From: Antedon mediterranea
Taxonomy: Eukaryota > Animalia > Echinodermata
Length of the DNA stretch: 64,000 nt
NCBI RefSeq assembly: GCF_964355755.1
Contig: NC_092680.1
Span: 15,571,045 to 15,635,044 of the forward strand
Reading direction: 5' to 3'
Shown here: positions 1 to 12,925 of the stretch, piece after piece
Layout: each line of letters starts with the position of its first letter
Numbering within the stretch: position 1 is the first letter of the stretch
Position numbers and translations under genes: made by a program
The notes under the pieces: model-generated
Databases searched by the model: none
The model's input: only the letters and a program-made list of their open reading frames with translations
Told to the model about the DNA's origin: nothing

Positions 1-310
1 TTCTAGTGTCAACTGGTTATGTATTTTGTGTTCGTAGCCCTTGATATTAAAAGTAAAATTAAGCCGTTAATTATTAGATGTGAAATTGGTTGCATAGGCG
101 TCTAAAAGCTGAAATATAATTAGATTTTTATTGTATTCACTATCTTGAATATATTTATTGAAATGTTAGCAGACGTCTAATTTTGAAAACGTTTTGACAC
201 AAACACAAAAAACATGTTTCACCACCAGATTTATAATTGACACGAGATTAGATTATCTAACATGTGGGAGTAACACTGTAGTAGGCCTATTCTAAGAGTG
301 TTAGACTTAC

Positions 311-1262
311 TTTTAGGTGTTGCTTCCATTTTTCATGATTCTCTAAAAAATATGGAAGTTCTGTTTTGCCGGAACCTAAAAGCTGGTGGCGTGGACCAGC
401 AAACAAAAGAAAACACGTTCCATTTTCGCTTAGACATTCATACATACTCTGGAATGCTTTTCTTTTTTCTTCCACCCAATGCAGTACAAGTACAGACAAA
501 ATCTTATTGAATGCACCTCTCCAGTTTGGAAATATTTGCAGGCAGTTGGTGATGTCTGCAATTTCGTATGACAAGTTTGTACGTAATGGTTGGTACTTCT
601 GCCTTGCAACATGAATCATATCTCTTGATTTGTCAAAACCTAAAGAAATGTTTCTCAATTCATTTTTAACCGAATTTTGACATTGTCATTCTTGTCTTAT
701 TCTGGAATGATTTTAATTACATCGTTTTGTGTCCAGTCCTAAAATCCTTAACCCTTGTTACTAGACTTTATAATTTAAATAATTTGCAAAGTCAAAATGT
801 TTTTTAAAATGTTACCAACTTTTTTTGTCTTTGGAGTTAACCACCTTTATTCATTCAATGTTTCATTAACAATAATTAAATACTATCTATACATTTTTTC
901 GTTATTTTCTGATCTTTTTTATCCTCTTTATTATCTATATTTTAATATTTTGGCCTATACATATACTTTAGATTATTACTATCTGTCCAATATTGTCCTA
1001 ATTTATACATTGTTCTTTCTATTACACTATCTTAAAAATATAGGTGGTCATTTGATAGTCAATCATTCGTAGAATTTAACCACTCACCTGTTGCTGAGTT
1101 TGCGCTGCCTGCCATATCATACACAATATCACCGCTTCCGCAACCAACATCAAGTATGTTGTCATAGTCATTGACTGACAAATAGGGTTCCAAATAAAGT
1201 TTAAACGCAACCTGTTGCCTTGCTATAGTTTTCGAATACAGAGTAGCTTCGTCTACGTTCAT
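311..1262 (-). CDS. Class I SAM-dependent methyltransferase, juvenile hormone acid O-methyltransferase (JHAMT)-like; 5' two exons, 3' part outside window
   Basis: Exon 1262-1088 (MNVDEATLYSKTIARQ...ILDVGCGSGD, SAM motif I; donor GTGAGT) joins in phase 1 to exon 639-311 (acceptor TTTAG; GFDKSRDMI...ADI...LVLHWV...CLSENG; donor GTAAGT). The LHW motif and N-terminal Y...Q pattern resemble JHAMT-like proteins. Confidence 0.85.
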
Positions 1263-2257
1263 TTTGGAATTTAGCTCAACGCACGATAGTAGACTACGAT
1301 AGAACTACGGCAGTATACTTCTTTGAAAGCGTGAGATCTTTTTATATGATTCACAATATCATATAAAATAATATGATGGTAGACCATACTATTATACGGT
1401 ACATTAAATGGTATATGTAATTAACCTTTGCTATGAATAAGATATTATGAGAATGTTTATGGCATTTCGAAATAAAAAAGAAAAGAATGATGAATGGATG
1501 AATAAATGATATCGGTTAGTAGGTAATCTTTAAATATATCAACTGCAGTTGATTCTATAGTTTAAATTAGACATTTAAAAATAAGAATATCTTGTCACTC
1601 TGAAAAGGTCTACGAAAATGCTAGCAGCATGCGCCCTTTTCAGTAGAACAGAGGGAGGAACGTGTGTCCTTCTTAATGTGACCAATAACTAGGTGTTAGC
1701 ACTGCACACACAATTTCGCTAGAATTTGGAAGTTAACATGGTAATGTAGCTACAAAGGTAATTATAAATAACTTCTTCCATATTATGACACAATTATGCC
1801 ATCATACTCTATTACTTTAATTTTATCTGAACTATTTATAGGCCTACTATAATTATTAAAAAGGCTCTACATTAATTAATTTGTTTTAGTGAAGAAATAC
1901 AATAACCATGCTGTTGCTCTGGACACAATACCAGAATCCATATTAAATGGACGCATCTAGGATTTTAAAAAAATGAGGTGGTTTCCCGTTGCTTTCCTCA
2001 CCTATTTTAGGAAGCTGTCAATCAAGTTATATTCCCCCTACTAAATTACTCATTAATATTTAGCTTTCTTTCTAATATAATTTGATAGACTTCGATCGCA
2101 CCATAGTACTATAAAGCATGTGTATTCACCATATGTTTAAAAATTATGATGGTAGTTTAAGTATAAAGTGTAACTAAAGCCTTTAATTGTCTATAGCTTC
2201 AATTTCCATTTCCAATTTATGTCCACAAAATACATCATCAGCAACATTGTGTGCAAC

Positions 2258-2672
2258 TATTATATAATTAATGAATGTTTATGAGTGTAATGGTACAAAT
2301 AATGGCATGGTGTGAATGATGCAACAAACGACTAAACTCTGGGCCTAGCAAGGCTAAACGCCTAGGCCTAATACTAACAGGCCTAGGCCTACTATCTAGG
2401 CAACTTGAACTAATCTAAGCTAATTATGTTTTTTCCAACGATTCCGCGTCTTGTAGACGCTCCCATTAATTAATCAAAATCTTACAAACGATCTAAAGCT
2501 AATTTAAATGCCCTTTTTATCTAAAGGGCAATTTCCAAACGCGTAAAGATTTGTTTTTCGTACACGAAAAAAGTACTATTAAACGATCGTTTAATAGCGC
2601 GTACTATTGCACAATATATGACCCATAATCGTCCAATCAAATGACAGGAATTTATTTAGGTGTTATATAATA
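2258..2672 (-). mobile_element. Diverged reverse copy of the palindromic non-autonomous element family found at 7005 and 42706
   Basis: Shares aatgaatgtttatgagtgtaatggtacaaataatggca and ccaatcaaatgacaggaattta...ggtgttatataata with the other copies; the interior differs. Confidence 0.65.
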
Positions 2673-3149
2673 TTAAATAAAAAAAAGGCAAACACAAACA
2701 GTTTGTCCTCTTTGCACGCCGCGGTAAAATCTATGATTGGTGTGAATTTTGCACTCAATATCAATCTTGCAACGGAGATGGTCATGGTCATAAAACGTTT
2801 GTAAACCAAATATTTATTAAATTATAACTTATTAAACATTTACAAAATTACCTCTGGATCAAAAGCGGGATAAAAGGCTATGAATGTGGAATTTCCAGAG
2901 GGCGTCATTAAGACTATTAAAGCAGAAACCGAGAAAAAGGCAGCATTGTAACAGTTCAGAGAGGTGATGATAGAGTAGGCACAACTTTTAAGTAAAAGCA
3001 AAGCCACGTGGTCGTGGATTAGCCTACTTCAGTTCACTTCCATTTGTAATAATAAACATTTATAGGATGATTTATAGGCTATATATCTATTTTTGTTATA
3101 TCTTTCTAAAAGGCTCTACGTTTATTCGTTTTCTTTCATTCTTAGCGTG

Positions 3150-3572
3150 CAAGATGTTCACTGTCTCCAGCCCATGGCCGGTGACTTTGATCTTGGTTGA
3201 GATTGACCTTTCGCGGTTCGTCATGGCCTTTTTTTTAATTCAGAACTGATTCCTATGCCAAAACTGGAGGATGTTACTGCCTAGGTTCATCGACGGGGCA
3301 AGTTCCTCTTCACTGCCGTCTAATCCCATCGATGATAACGGAACTGACATTTCCTCCGAACTGAATGTACCCTGGTGTTTTGCAAGTGTCATTCATGTTG
3401 CATTCGAAGAAGATATTAAAGAGTTTATGCGAAAAGAGACAGCCTTGGGATAAACTGTGTATGTATAAAACAGCTGACATTCAACTGAACCAGTACTGTA
3501 TTGCTGACCAGCTGCTTGATGTTGTATTTGTTGATTGTTGCCCATAGTGCCTCATGACAAACTGAAGGTTCT
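3150..3572 (-). pseudogene. Degenerate RTE-clade LINE reverse-transcriptase fragment
   Basis: Minus-strand translation across frameshifts gives CHEALWATINKYNI, SQGCLFSHKLFNIFFE, GSEEELA, FGIGISSE and MTN...TKIKVTGHGLETVN. These are colinear with RTE RT motifs as I recall them (WH-ALW-TM-KYNI, RQGCLLSP-LFNIFLE, GEEEEL, YGMEIS, IKVNG-KLETV). Confidence 0.8.
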
Positions 3573-3917
3573 TTCATTTACTACAAAAGACCAATCAAAA
3601 CAAAGAAGGAGCTGTTTTGGCTTATTTATAGTGTCAACGCATTAATTCCTTTAACAAAGATGTTATGAGTCATAATCTTTTGATATACCTAAATACTTTA
3701 TACATAAATGGTATGATACCGGTATAGTAATAAGGTTTCAATGATATGCAAGTTTTTTTTCTTCTAATAAATCAGGTTTAGGAACTATACATCTTTCTCA
3801 ACCTTTTCCATTTGAGAAAAAAGACAGCAATTTTCCCATTTTTGGTATGTTGTTCAGATGGGTCTTAGAAAGTACCTACAGCAAAAATAGATTCTTTTGT
3901 AGCATTTGTATGCTAAG

Positions 3918-4534
3918 TTTTAACTCGGGGTACCCGAGTCTAGGACTCTCTCATCTTCTCTTCCATCTGGACAGTATTGAGCCACTATTGAGCCAACTTT
4001 CAAGTCCTACTAGTTCTTTACGCGTCGTCGGACGGCTCTGGCATTGCATGCGTAGTATACTAGGGTAATAGGTAAACAAAGCTATAGAGAGAAAATGTTC
4101 GTACTTCAACCGGATGCAGAATTACGACGTCATAAACATGGTACCAATCGAAAAAAGTTGATTTACAAAGTACTACTCCATCCTTATTCGTTGTAGTATT
4201 GAGCTAGGATTCGGCATGGGTATACTACAGGGACATGTCCTCTTTCAAACCGGATGCAGCAATATGACGTCTCGATGGTGGCAAGCGATTTTCGTCGTAA
4301 TATAGCCGTGTCATTTCAAAGGTCTTGACTTGGAGAGTAAGAATATCAAACAGTAAAACCTACTTATGATATTGTGACGTCATTTCTGCTCCCGAAAATA
4401 GCAAATCGGAACAATTTGGCAAAACAACATAATTTCAGGAATTATTTGTATACTTTGCATATAATCAATTTCGATATAAATGAGAAATCATTACATTACA
4501 CATGTAACCCGAGTATCGCACATTCGTGCTTGTT
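3918..4534 (+). mobile_element. Helentron-associated (HINE/DINE-1-like) non-autonomous element
   Basis: 5' TTTT plus hairpin ACTCGGGGTACCCGAGT; 3' subterminal repeat AACCCGAGT, then short hairpin GCACATTCGTGC and TTGTT end. Confidence 0.6.
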
Positions 4535-7004
4535 ATTATAGACACATTCTAGCTCTGACCGTTCCTACACATATACCTATACCTGAGGTTTTAACGTATC
4601 CCCCGAATAATTACCCGCTTACAGAACCTTAATTATAATTACGGCTACCTTTTGACGCCTACCATAATTTGTTTACTCTTGATTTCCTAATTTGTACTTT
4701 ATCGCAATGGAATTTATTTTTACTTTGAATGTAGTTTGTGTCATTAAATTAGCTATAAAAACGTAGGAAAAGGGGCTTTAAAGAGATCAAGTAGGCTGCG
4801 ATAGATTCTTACTAATGCTCAATACAGTAGTATCAAACGCGCTTTGGAAAGGTAAATGACAAATCCAGCAGCATGCGCCTTTCGTTCAATACAATCAGAG
4901 GACCTTGAGTCCTGATTGTGACTACTAACCCGTCAACGACTAGACTAGATTTAGGCCCACTCTGTTGGACTTTTTCAGTTGAAACATTATAATGCAATCG
5001 TCAGCATAAAAAACAACACATAGGCCTACATGAGAAGCTGCCTCTTTTTATATAACACAATGCCAATGACAATAATGTGAGCAAAAATGACAACATAAAG
5101 TTAGAACAATGTGATCATCTATGTTCGTGCCATAAAATCAACCAAAGTGCTTACAAGCACAATTTGGATGGATAATGTTATTACTACTTGATATTATTTA
5201 ATTAATTGTTGTATTTTTTCTTCAGCTTGGGGGCATTTTTTAATTATAGCTGGCCTACATGATACCATTACATACACCCAAAAAATAAATAAAAGATTTC
5301 CTCATCTTAAAAAACTAATTTATTCAAATTTATTATTGGATATACTACTATAATATAAAACATGTAATGATGGAGTTTCTCGTGAAACAGCAGACTATTC
5401 TTATAGTGTTCCGTTTCCTCAGTGAAACTCCACGTACTGTTTCAGCCTTGTCCATGTTTAAAAACATTATGACCTCGATTGTCCAATGGATATTTTTACG
5501 CAATGAGAGGCACCAAATGAAAAAAAAAACGAGAAGGCAAGTTATAATTGTTGGTAGTATTTTATTAAGCGAAAGATGAACTGAACAAAAATAATAGATG
5601 GAATGATAATTATACCAGTCTGAACAAACCAAGATGTTGCTCTGGAAGGCGGGCGGGGAAAAGATTAGTATATGTTTACTTGACAAGATTGCGGCTAGGT
5701 GAAACTGGGAGATCCGCCTCCCTAAAAAGGTACAACAAGATTGAGCCCTCAATTGTTCATATTTTAGAAATAATTAATACGAGGCAAGACTACGGTAAAT
5801 TCATTATCAGTAGAAAATCCACAGCTTTTCTCTTCTTTTAAATTTAGACTTTTGTTTAAAGATTTCATGTTTTTTTTACTTTTACTAAATGATTAGGACC
5901 TAAAGAAAAATTAATAGTCAGTGAAAATGTTTAAAAGAATTCGCTTTTTGGTTCTTGATGCCAGAATCATAAGCTGAAAGATAAATAAAACTAAAATTAA
6001 ATCTACGCACGTTATTGAGAAACACTAGGTTGACGCAAGCGCACAACACACGTACCATAATATAAGGTCGAGTTTAAACGAGTGGATAAGTAATTTGTTT
6101 TTGCTTCCATCATACAATTTAAAAAGTATAATTACTATCACGAAACCCACAATCAACAAGTCCATCGCAACTTATTGCAAAAAGAAATGCGATTTTGTAT
6201 GGAATGATGCTGGTGAAATGAATACGTTGTGACTTTGAGATGTTACTAAAAATAAGTAAATCAATTAAGTTTAAAACAATGTGATTTTATAGGCGTGATT
6301 TTAAGAGTTCTCTATATATCTATATGCTCATTTATTTTTTAAATCATTTTAGTTTCAATTAGTATTAGAGAAAAAACGGCCTGTAAAAACATATTTTGGG
6401 AAACGTTTCCCATCACCAGTGTGAAGCTAAACTGATCCAATTATTATTATCAAATATGGTACGCAGGTCATGGTAACATTGTTAACTATGTTCATATATT
6501 TTGAACTAGATCTGCCCGAAGTCTGTAGTTATTGTCTTTTTTTCAGTTAGTCCACTAGTCGGCGTTTAGATTTTTGTCTGAATAGTACATTATACGTGTG
6601 AAACGCCACATGTGCCAAAATAGTTATCCTTTTACTAATTTCGGTCTAGAACCTAGTCTAATTTTGAACATACAAACTTGCCTTTTTACACTTTGATAGA
6701 TCATCTTTCAGTTTGAATTTGCTTTCGGCTCTCAATTTGAACCTGCTCGAGCCGACTCTAAAAAGTAAGGTTAAATAAATTCATTCATTCATTCATTCAT
6801 TCTGCTTTTATTCAATATTTCTCTTTGCAGTAGGCCTATATATAAAATAAAACTGAATTGCGAGAGATTTACATATAAAATTGGTACAAGCTTTCAAACA
6901 TCAAAATTTACAACATTAAAAAGTTAAAAAGTTAAAAAAAATAAATTTTTAAAAAGGAGATATTACACAGTCATGGAAGAAACTTATGAAAGTACTTATT
7001 ACTT

Positions 7005-7308
7005 ATTATATAACACCTATATAAATTCCTGTCATTTGATTGGACGAATGTGGGTCACATGGCGTGCAATAGTACGCACTATTCAACGATCGTTAAATAG
7101 TACTTTTTGAAACATTTTTGTTTGTTATTTAGATGTTATATAAAACAAATAATGAATGTTTTGTATTCGTGTAATGGTACAAATAATGGCACTTGGTGAA
7201 TGATGAAAGGTTATATCAACTCGGCTTTGCCTCGTTGATATAACCTTTCATCATTCACCTCGTGCCATTATTTGTACCATTGCACTCATAAATATTCATT
7301 ATTTGTAT
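7005..7308 (+). mobile_element. Non-autonomous DNA element with a ~160-bp internal palindrome (possibly Crypton-like)
   Basis: Near-identical to 42706-43017. The 3' half is an inverted repeat centred on TCGGCTTTGCCTC. Termini are AT-rich (TATTATA...). Confidence 0.75.
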
Positions 7309-8640
7309 ATTATTATTATTATAATTATTCCCCCTTTGGATGTTTGTTCATCTATATATAAATTGTCATGCAAACAATTTTAGTGAGGGTTCTACTACTG
7401 TATTCGAGAACCATCTGTGAGTAGGCCTATATGTAAATCATTGCTATGGCACGCATCCATACATGGTGTATCAAAATTCCCCCGCAATTGGGAGAAGCGG
7501 GGTATCAAAAAGACCAGAGCAAGCTAAAACAACAATCTGGATCTTTATGACATTAAATCATTCTGCTACATTATACTTGATTTGTATACTAGTCATTGCA
7601 GTGATATAATGCTACGCCCGATCCAGCAGCTTTCTCTAGCAACCATGGCAAGTAGGTCTACAATCCAATCCCCGAGGGTGTAGATTGTAGGACAGTATAA
7701 AAATACTGCCAAGTATCGCAGGCAAAATTTAGTACACACACACGTTATACTTTGTCCGCAGATTAGAACCTGACTTAAGTAATATGTATTAAAACTATTT
7801 AATACAGCTAGACTCGTATTTAGATGACTTGCGATAGTTGCTGTAAGCTGCAGAATCGAATGTGTTTCACTTCACTAAAAAGAAAACAAAACTATACCTG
7901 GACACTCTCTGAAATCGACCGCTTTTTTCTACAAAAATTGGCTTAAATGAATAAAAAGAAATCGAAATGAATACAGTTATTTATATGTGAATGATGGTAA
8001 TAACGGAAATCAACTTTTCCCTCGCATTTGCACAATATTATTCCATAAAGGTCTGGTGCTGCTTTTTGACATTTTTTCGAGCGTGACAATTAAACATTTG
8101 CGCATGTGTAGTTTTGTGGTAATAGCTGCATGATTAACCCGACTTCAGTAATTTAGTGTCGACTGGTGTGTACACATGCGCACTATATTGTTCCGCTTTT
8201 TTGGCGAAGTACAATTGTTACAATGTCATAGAATGGTTTACATTTACAGTAAATAAAACATGATTGATATAATGTTGTTAATATTATTCTCTCTGAAGAG
8301 ATGTGATATTCCTCGAATTTGATACTGTATGTCACCAGGGAGATGTATCTTCCCGATGTCACTAATAATATAGTGTACACTTACGTAACGATGTTGGGTC
8401 TAAGCTCGCAATTCTGTTCAAACACCTGCAAACACAAGCTCTCGAATTACAACGAGAACAGGCCAATTGCATCGCATATGCTAAAGAAAGCAAACAACAT
8501 ACCCTTTTCCATAAGTATAATGTTCAGAACTTTAGCAAAAAAATTATTTAAAATTAAGTTATACCGTTATGCCCACCCCCTCTCTCTCTCTCTCCCTCTC
8601 CCTGTAAAAAACTGCCACTTTTATTTAATCATCTTAATAT

Positions 8641-9393
8641 AACAAGGCCAACAGCCATTAAGTCGCGTGCTACAATGCATAGTGATACCGGACCGACAGA
8701 CAGACCGACAGACAGACCGACAGACAGACCGACTGACATAGTGAACTATAGAGTCGCGTCCACGCGACTGAAAAGGCATAATTTTGACGAATTTTTGAAC
8801 TTTTTCATCAAAAACGTGCGCAAATTATCCAATTCAACGTGCTCGTATGACGTAATTTTAAGTCGAAATTGTTTAAAAGTTGGTAAAATTATTAGAAAAG
8901 GCTGTAAAAACATAAATCACGCGAAAAAAGTATATATTTAACGCTACGTACGCACCGCGCGCGTAAATATTTGCGCGCGTATGTGAATTTTTGACATGCT
9001 CAAAATGACAAGAAACTATTTTACTATAATTAAAAATTAATTTTGTGTAAAACACATTTTTTTTTTCAACAGAAAGTTAGCGCCTGATATAAATTAAACT
9101 TTTGCAAAGTTTCAATTTAAAATGTTATTTGATTTTTGACCTATGTTAAATACGAGAAAATCGTTCAAACGCGCGTAAATCACTTTGCGCAACTCTAACG
9201 TCATTCACAATAGGAGGTGCACAATTTCACGTAAATGCTCACATGTTGACATCAAAACAGTTCAAAAAGTACCGAAAAGCGATAAAACGCATAGTGATAC
9301 CGGACCGACAGACATACCGACAGACAGACCGACAGACAGACCGACCGACCAACCGACATAGTGAACTATAGAGTCGCGTCCACGCGACTAAAA
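8641..9393 (-). mobile_element. HINE/DINE-1-like Helentron derivative with (GACC/GACA)n microsatellite and duplicated terminal module
   Basis: Hairpin AGTCGCGTCCACGCGACT at ~8752 and ~9372; ~100-bp direct repeat (8677-8774 vs 9289-9393) including the microsatellite; subterminal AGTCGCGTG at ~8661 and an AACAAG end. Confidence 0.75.
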
Positions 9394-10369
9394 AGATGTC
9401 ATCATAGTAAATTCTTAATCTAATCAAAATTAAACATTTTGTGATACGTGTTAAATATTATGAGTTAAACTTACTTAATAATATAAAATAATATCGTTTG
9501 AAGAAATATTAATAACAAAACTTACCATGTGTTAGCAGCAAACTTAAAACCAAAACAAGTCCTAATTTGGTTGAAATCATCATTCATTATTAAAAAACAC
9601 TATACACAGAACCTTAATCAAAAACTGTATTATCTGCTGTTATCAAAATGCACAGTTCTATCCTCTAACTCTGCTTTAAATATAAAAGTTTTGGCACAGA
9701 GGAGGGGCGTGCTTTAGTTATTACGACTGAAATACTACGAACCAATTATCGCCTTGTTGCATAAGGAGTGTGTTTACTTGGTTATAACAGGGAGTGGCTC
9801 CCTGGTTATAATATAAGGATGTGGGTATAGAAAAAGAGTAGGCCGAGCAAAAACAGCTGGAGTAAGGAGAAATAGTGAGAAAGGGTTGTTGACCGAGTCG
9901 CACAATATCACATAAGGAAGTAAGAAGTACAATATTAATATAATATGTATAGCTTACGCGCGCCCAACTTTCTTTACTCTTACAATAATAAGGACGTTGA
10001 TGTATTTAATCATACCGCATATCATTATACGGAAGTTCTAAGAACAAACATATTAATTGTATTTCTTACAACTTCTAATCACGTTGTTAATAGCTACATA
10101 ATAATCTTTATTGTCTTTCTTTCTTGTTTGTTTTTTTTCAGATACATAAAATCAAAACTAAAGACAAAAGACCAAAAAAAAAGCTTTCGCTTATCGAGTT
10201 TTGGCCTTTTAAAATAAATAAAACTTAAACTACAACGTATATAATTTCTGAGAAAGAAAAATCTGAAGAAAATTAATTACATAAATGAAAATTAATAACT
10301 CACTGGCATTATCAATATGAATATGAAATAAGTAATAGAAGAGTATTATACACTAAAAACTAAGCATCA

Positions 10370-10790
10370 TATAAGGTTATTAAATGTTCTTTGACTTTGA
10401 TGGCAAATTGTGTTCTAAATGAAATTGACTTAATATTTATTGGGAGTTTATTTCAGAGTTTGGGACCTTGATATGTTATATTGGTTTGAGATAGAGTCGT
10501 ACGGCAAAAGGGGATCGAGAGATTAAACGGGTCATTAAATCGGGTGTTAAATGGATGGTTTACATAGTTAAAGTATAGTATAATATGATGAGGTCATCTA
10601 GAATAAAATAAATCAGAAATAAATTTAAGCACATGCTACTCATACAATTTAAAAACATCTAAAATCAACAATTGCTTAAACAAAGGTATAGAATGTGCTC
10701 TAAAATCTGAAAACGTAACACAGCGAACGAACATCTTTCGAATAAGTAGAATGTACAGTATGATTGTCAAATTTTATCTATAAACTGTTC
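10370..10790 (-). pseudogene. Degenerate CR1/L2-group LINE ORF2 C-terminal fragment
   Basis: Minus-strand reading RCVTFSDFRAHSIPLFKQLLILDVFKLY*...HPFNTR...TNITYQGPKL*NKLPINIK...KEHL, with in-frame stops. Confidence 0.75.
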
Positions 10791-10853
10791 TTGTTATCAA
10801 CCATGTTGCTTGTAAAAGTATACAAAACTGCCTTTAAAAGCATGTATAGCATG

Positions 10854-11288
10854 TCGACAGCCTCATAACAAAAGTGTCTAAGTCATAATTTTTATTTATT
10901 TTTTGTTTTTCTGTCTAACTCACTGCTTATATCATTATACTACCCTCTGTACATTATCTGAGTGCTTTTATATACATTTGCACATGCTCAGGTCGTTTTT
11001 TTGTGATTCTGCCTAATAAGTCAGCTGTGTGACTTAGGCAATTTTCATTTGTAAAACTGCCTAAGTCACACTATATTCAAAATATTTTAGCCTAAGTCAT
11101 TTTATTACGTTGCGCAATAATTATATTGCGTTTTCTTACCTATATTACATTTAGCTTCTATTGATATATATTTATAGAAAAAATATGAATAGGCCTAACT
11201 ATTTGTTTTAAAAAAATTTATGAGGTTTTTTGTCTTTTTCTCAAAACTACAAAAAATGACGTAGGCACTTTTGTTATGAGGGTAACGA
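10854..11288. mobile_element. MITE with ~30-bp TIRs
   Basis: CCTCATAACAAAAGTGTCTAAGTCAT ... ATGACGTAGGCACTTTTGTTATGAGG; internal inverted repeat GTGTGACTTAGGCA/TGCCTAAGTCACAC. Confidence 0.7.
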
Positions 11289-11814
11289 TGTGTAACATTG
11301 ATTATAATTAAAAATAGTCTCGTCTCAAAATGTATATATTATGATAAAGTCTGTCTACACTATCACACTTTATGTGACAACAAATGTGATGTGCCGTAAT
11401 ACTTCAAATGCATTTTTGTATTATTCTGTTATGATCATTATTGTTTTAAATATTTATCACTGTTTTCAACTATTAAATGGATCAGTTTACCAGCAAGGTG
11501 TATTGCTTAGGCCTATGGCGAGAAATTTAAAATAAAGCTACAATTTCGAATTATATATTTTCACAACGTCCTCACTCAACAACGACTTTTTTGCTCTGAC
11601 TTTTATGTGAGACTGATTACAATCAGAGCATGCCTTTTATGCGAGGGTGACAATATGGATATAGGCCTAGGCCTAATAATTTACTTGTTTTTTAAATAGC
11701 AATTTTGTACATAAGACGCCTCAGTCTGTAAATGTTTTGCGTGTGAAATTACAGAAATACGCAGTATGAGAAAAAATATTTTCTTCTGACAGATTAAAAT
11801 TGTGATAGTGCGAC

Positions 11815-11924
11815 CTCATTGGTTTCTCATAATCACTGATGCGGAGCGAGCTAGCTGAGTAAGCACCCTACCAGACGGACAGTTTGCTCTGTAAAAGCAG
11901 AGCTTACTTATTTACGAAGATTTG
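11815..11924 (+). promoter_or_regulatory. Putative promoter and non-coding first exon of PAM
   Basis: Locally GC-richer block with a reverse CCAAT (ATTGG ~11818), ending at a strong donor TG|GTAAGT (11924/11925). A matching acceptor TTTAG at 12767 precedes the ATG exon. Confidence 0.4.
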
Positions 11925-12449
11925 GTAAGTTTGTGCTTAAATTACATGTTATAATTGAATAAAAATGATAATATATAGTTTGTGGAATGTATTTCAAAAT
12001 TGCATTGAAGCCTATCTGCAACACACACTTAAATTATTTCTTTTTAACGCCTATAAGTTCACGAAATATTTACCTATCGTCAATTTGGTGGAGCTGTAGC
12101 TAGCTAGAGGCCTGACTGAAGGATCAGAATTGATATCCACATGACACCTACATTTATGTAGCCTACGATAAGGCCTTCGTGGGAGGGTGACGATATGAAT
12201 ATAGGCCTAATAAATTACTGTTTTTAACAAGTAAATGTGTACATTTAACTCTATAAATGTTTTGCGTGCGAAATGTACAGTATGAGAAAAATACTTTCCT
12301 CTGTTTGAGTAGTTTGTAATAATATATATAATTTTAATGGTCTGCTTATTCACATGAGTTGGTATTTATATTTAATTAATATTTAATGAATAATCAAACT
12401 AACCCCTAAATAAAAATCATGCAGCGGTGCGGATTTCATTGGCAGATGT

Positions 12450-12624
12450 CAGGGAATAATTTCGCCAGTGTAGCATAGCAAAAAGCTATACAAAACAACC
12501 TTTTTGCTACACATTTCTACAATTGTGTAGCAAAAAATACAATACAAAACTATGTTTCTTGACTAAAAAATCAGTTTGATTAGCAATTTTGCTAAACAAA
12601 ATTTTCAAATGAAATTTTTCCCTG
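12450..12624. mobile_element. hAT-like MITE with 5-bp TSD (GATGT)
   Basis: TIR CAGGGAATAATTTC / GAAATTTTTCCCTG; GATGT at 12445-12449 and 12625-12629. Confidence 0.7.
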
Positions 12625-12925
12625 GATGTAAACCGTAAATAATTCACACCCCAATTTACATTTTGTACTGTACAGTATTATGGGAGTAACCTGCAATACC
12701 GGTACTGTAATTTAGTATGGCCTACTCACTGTATAATAATTATATGCTTTTGTTTATTTTCATTTAGGTACATGTAGGCCCGGGGGTAAAGTACATGTGA
12801 AGTACAGTGCCTTCTAAATACGTTAATATGACAAAAATGTTATAAGAATCTTCACAAGAATCTTTTTTCCCAACAAAGGAAACCAATATCTTTACTTCTG
12901 GTATTCTGGATGTTTTATTGTCATC

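Noticed and set aside
5348-5752. 134-aa ORF and many other 60-110 aa ORFs in the track
   Set aside because: AT-rich random composition (F/I/L/Y/K-rich), no motifs, and mostly intronic or overlapping TE relics.
8290-8320. CTGAAGA followed by a stem (possible hammerhead)
   Set aside because: No GAAA after the stem and no stem I or III; similar partial motifs near 17500 and 19355 fail in the same way.
8675-9427. ORFs with PTDR / VCRS repeats
   Set aside because: They are microsatellite translations within a HINE-like element.
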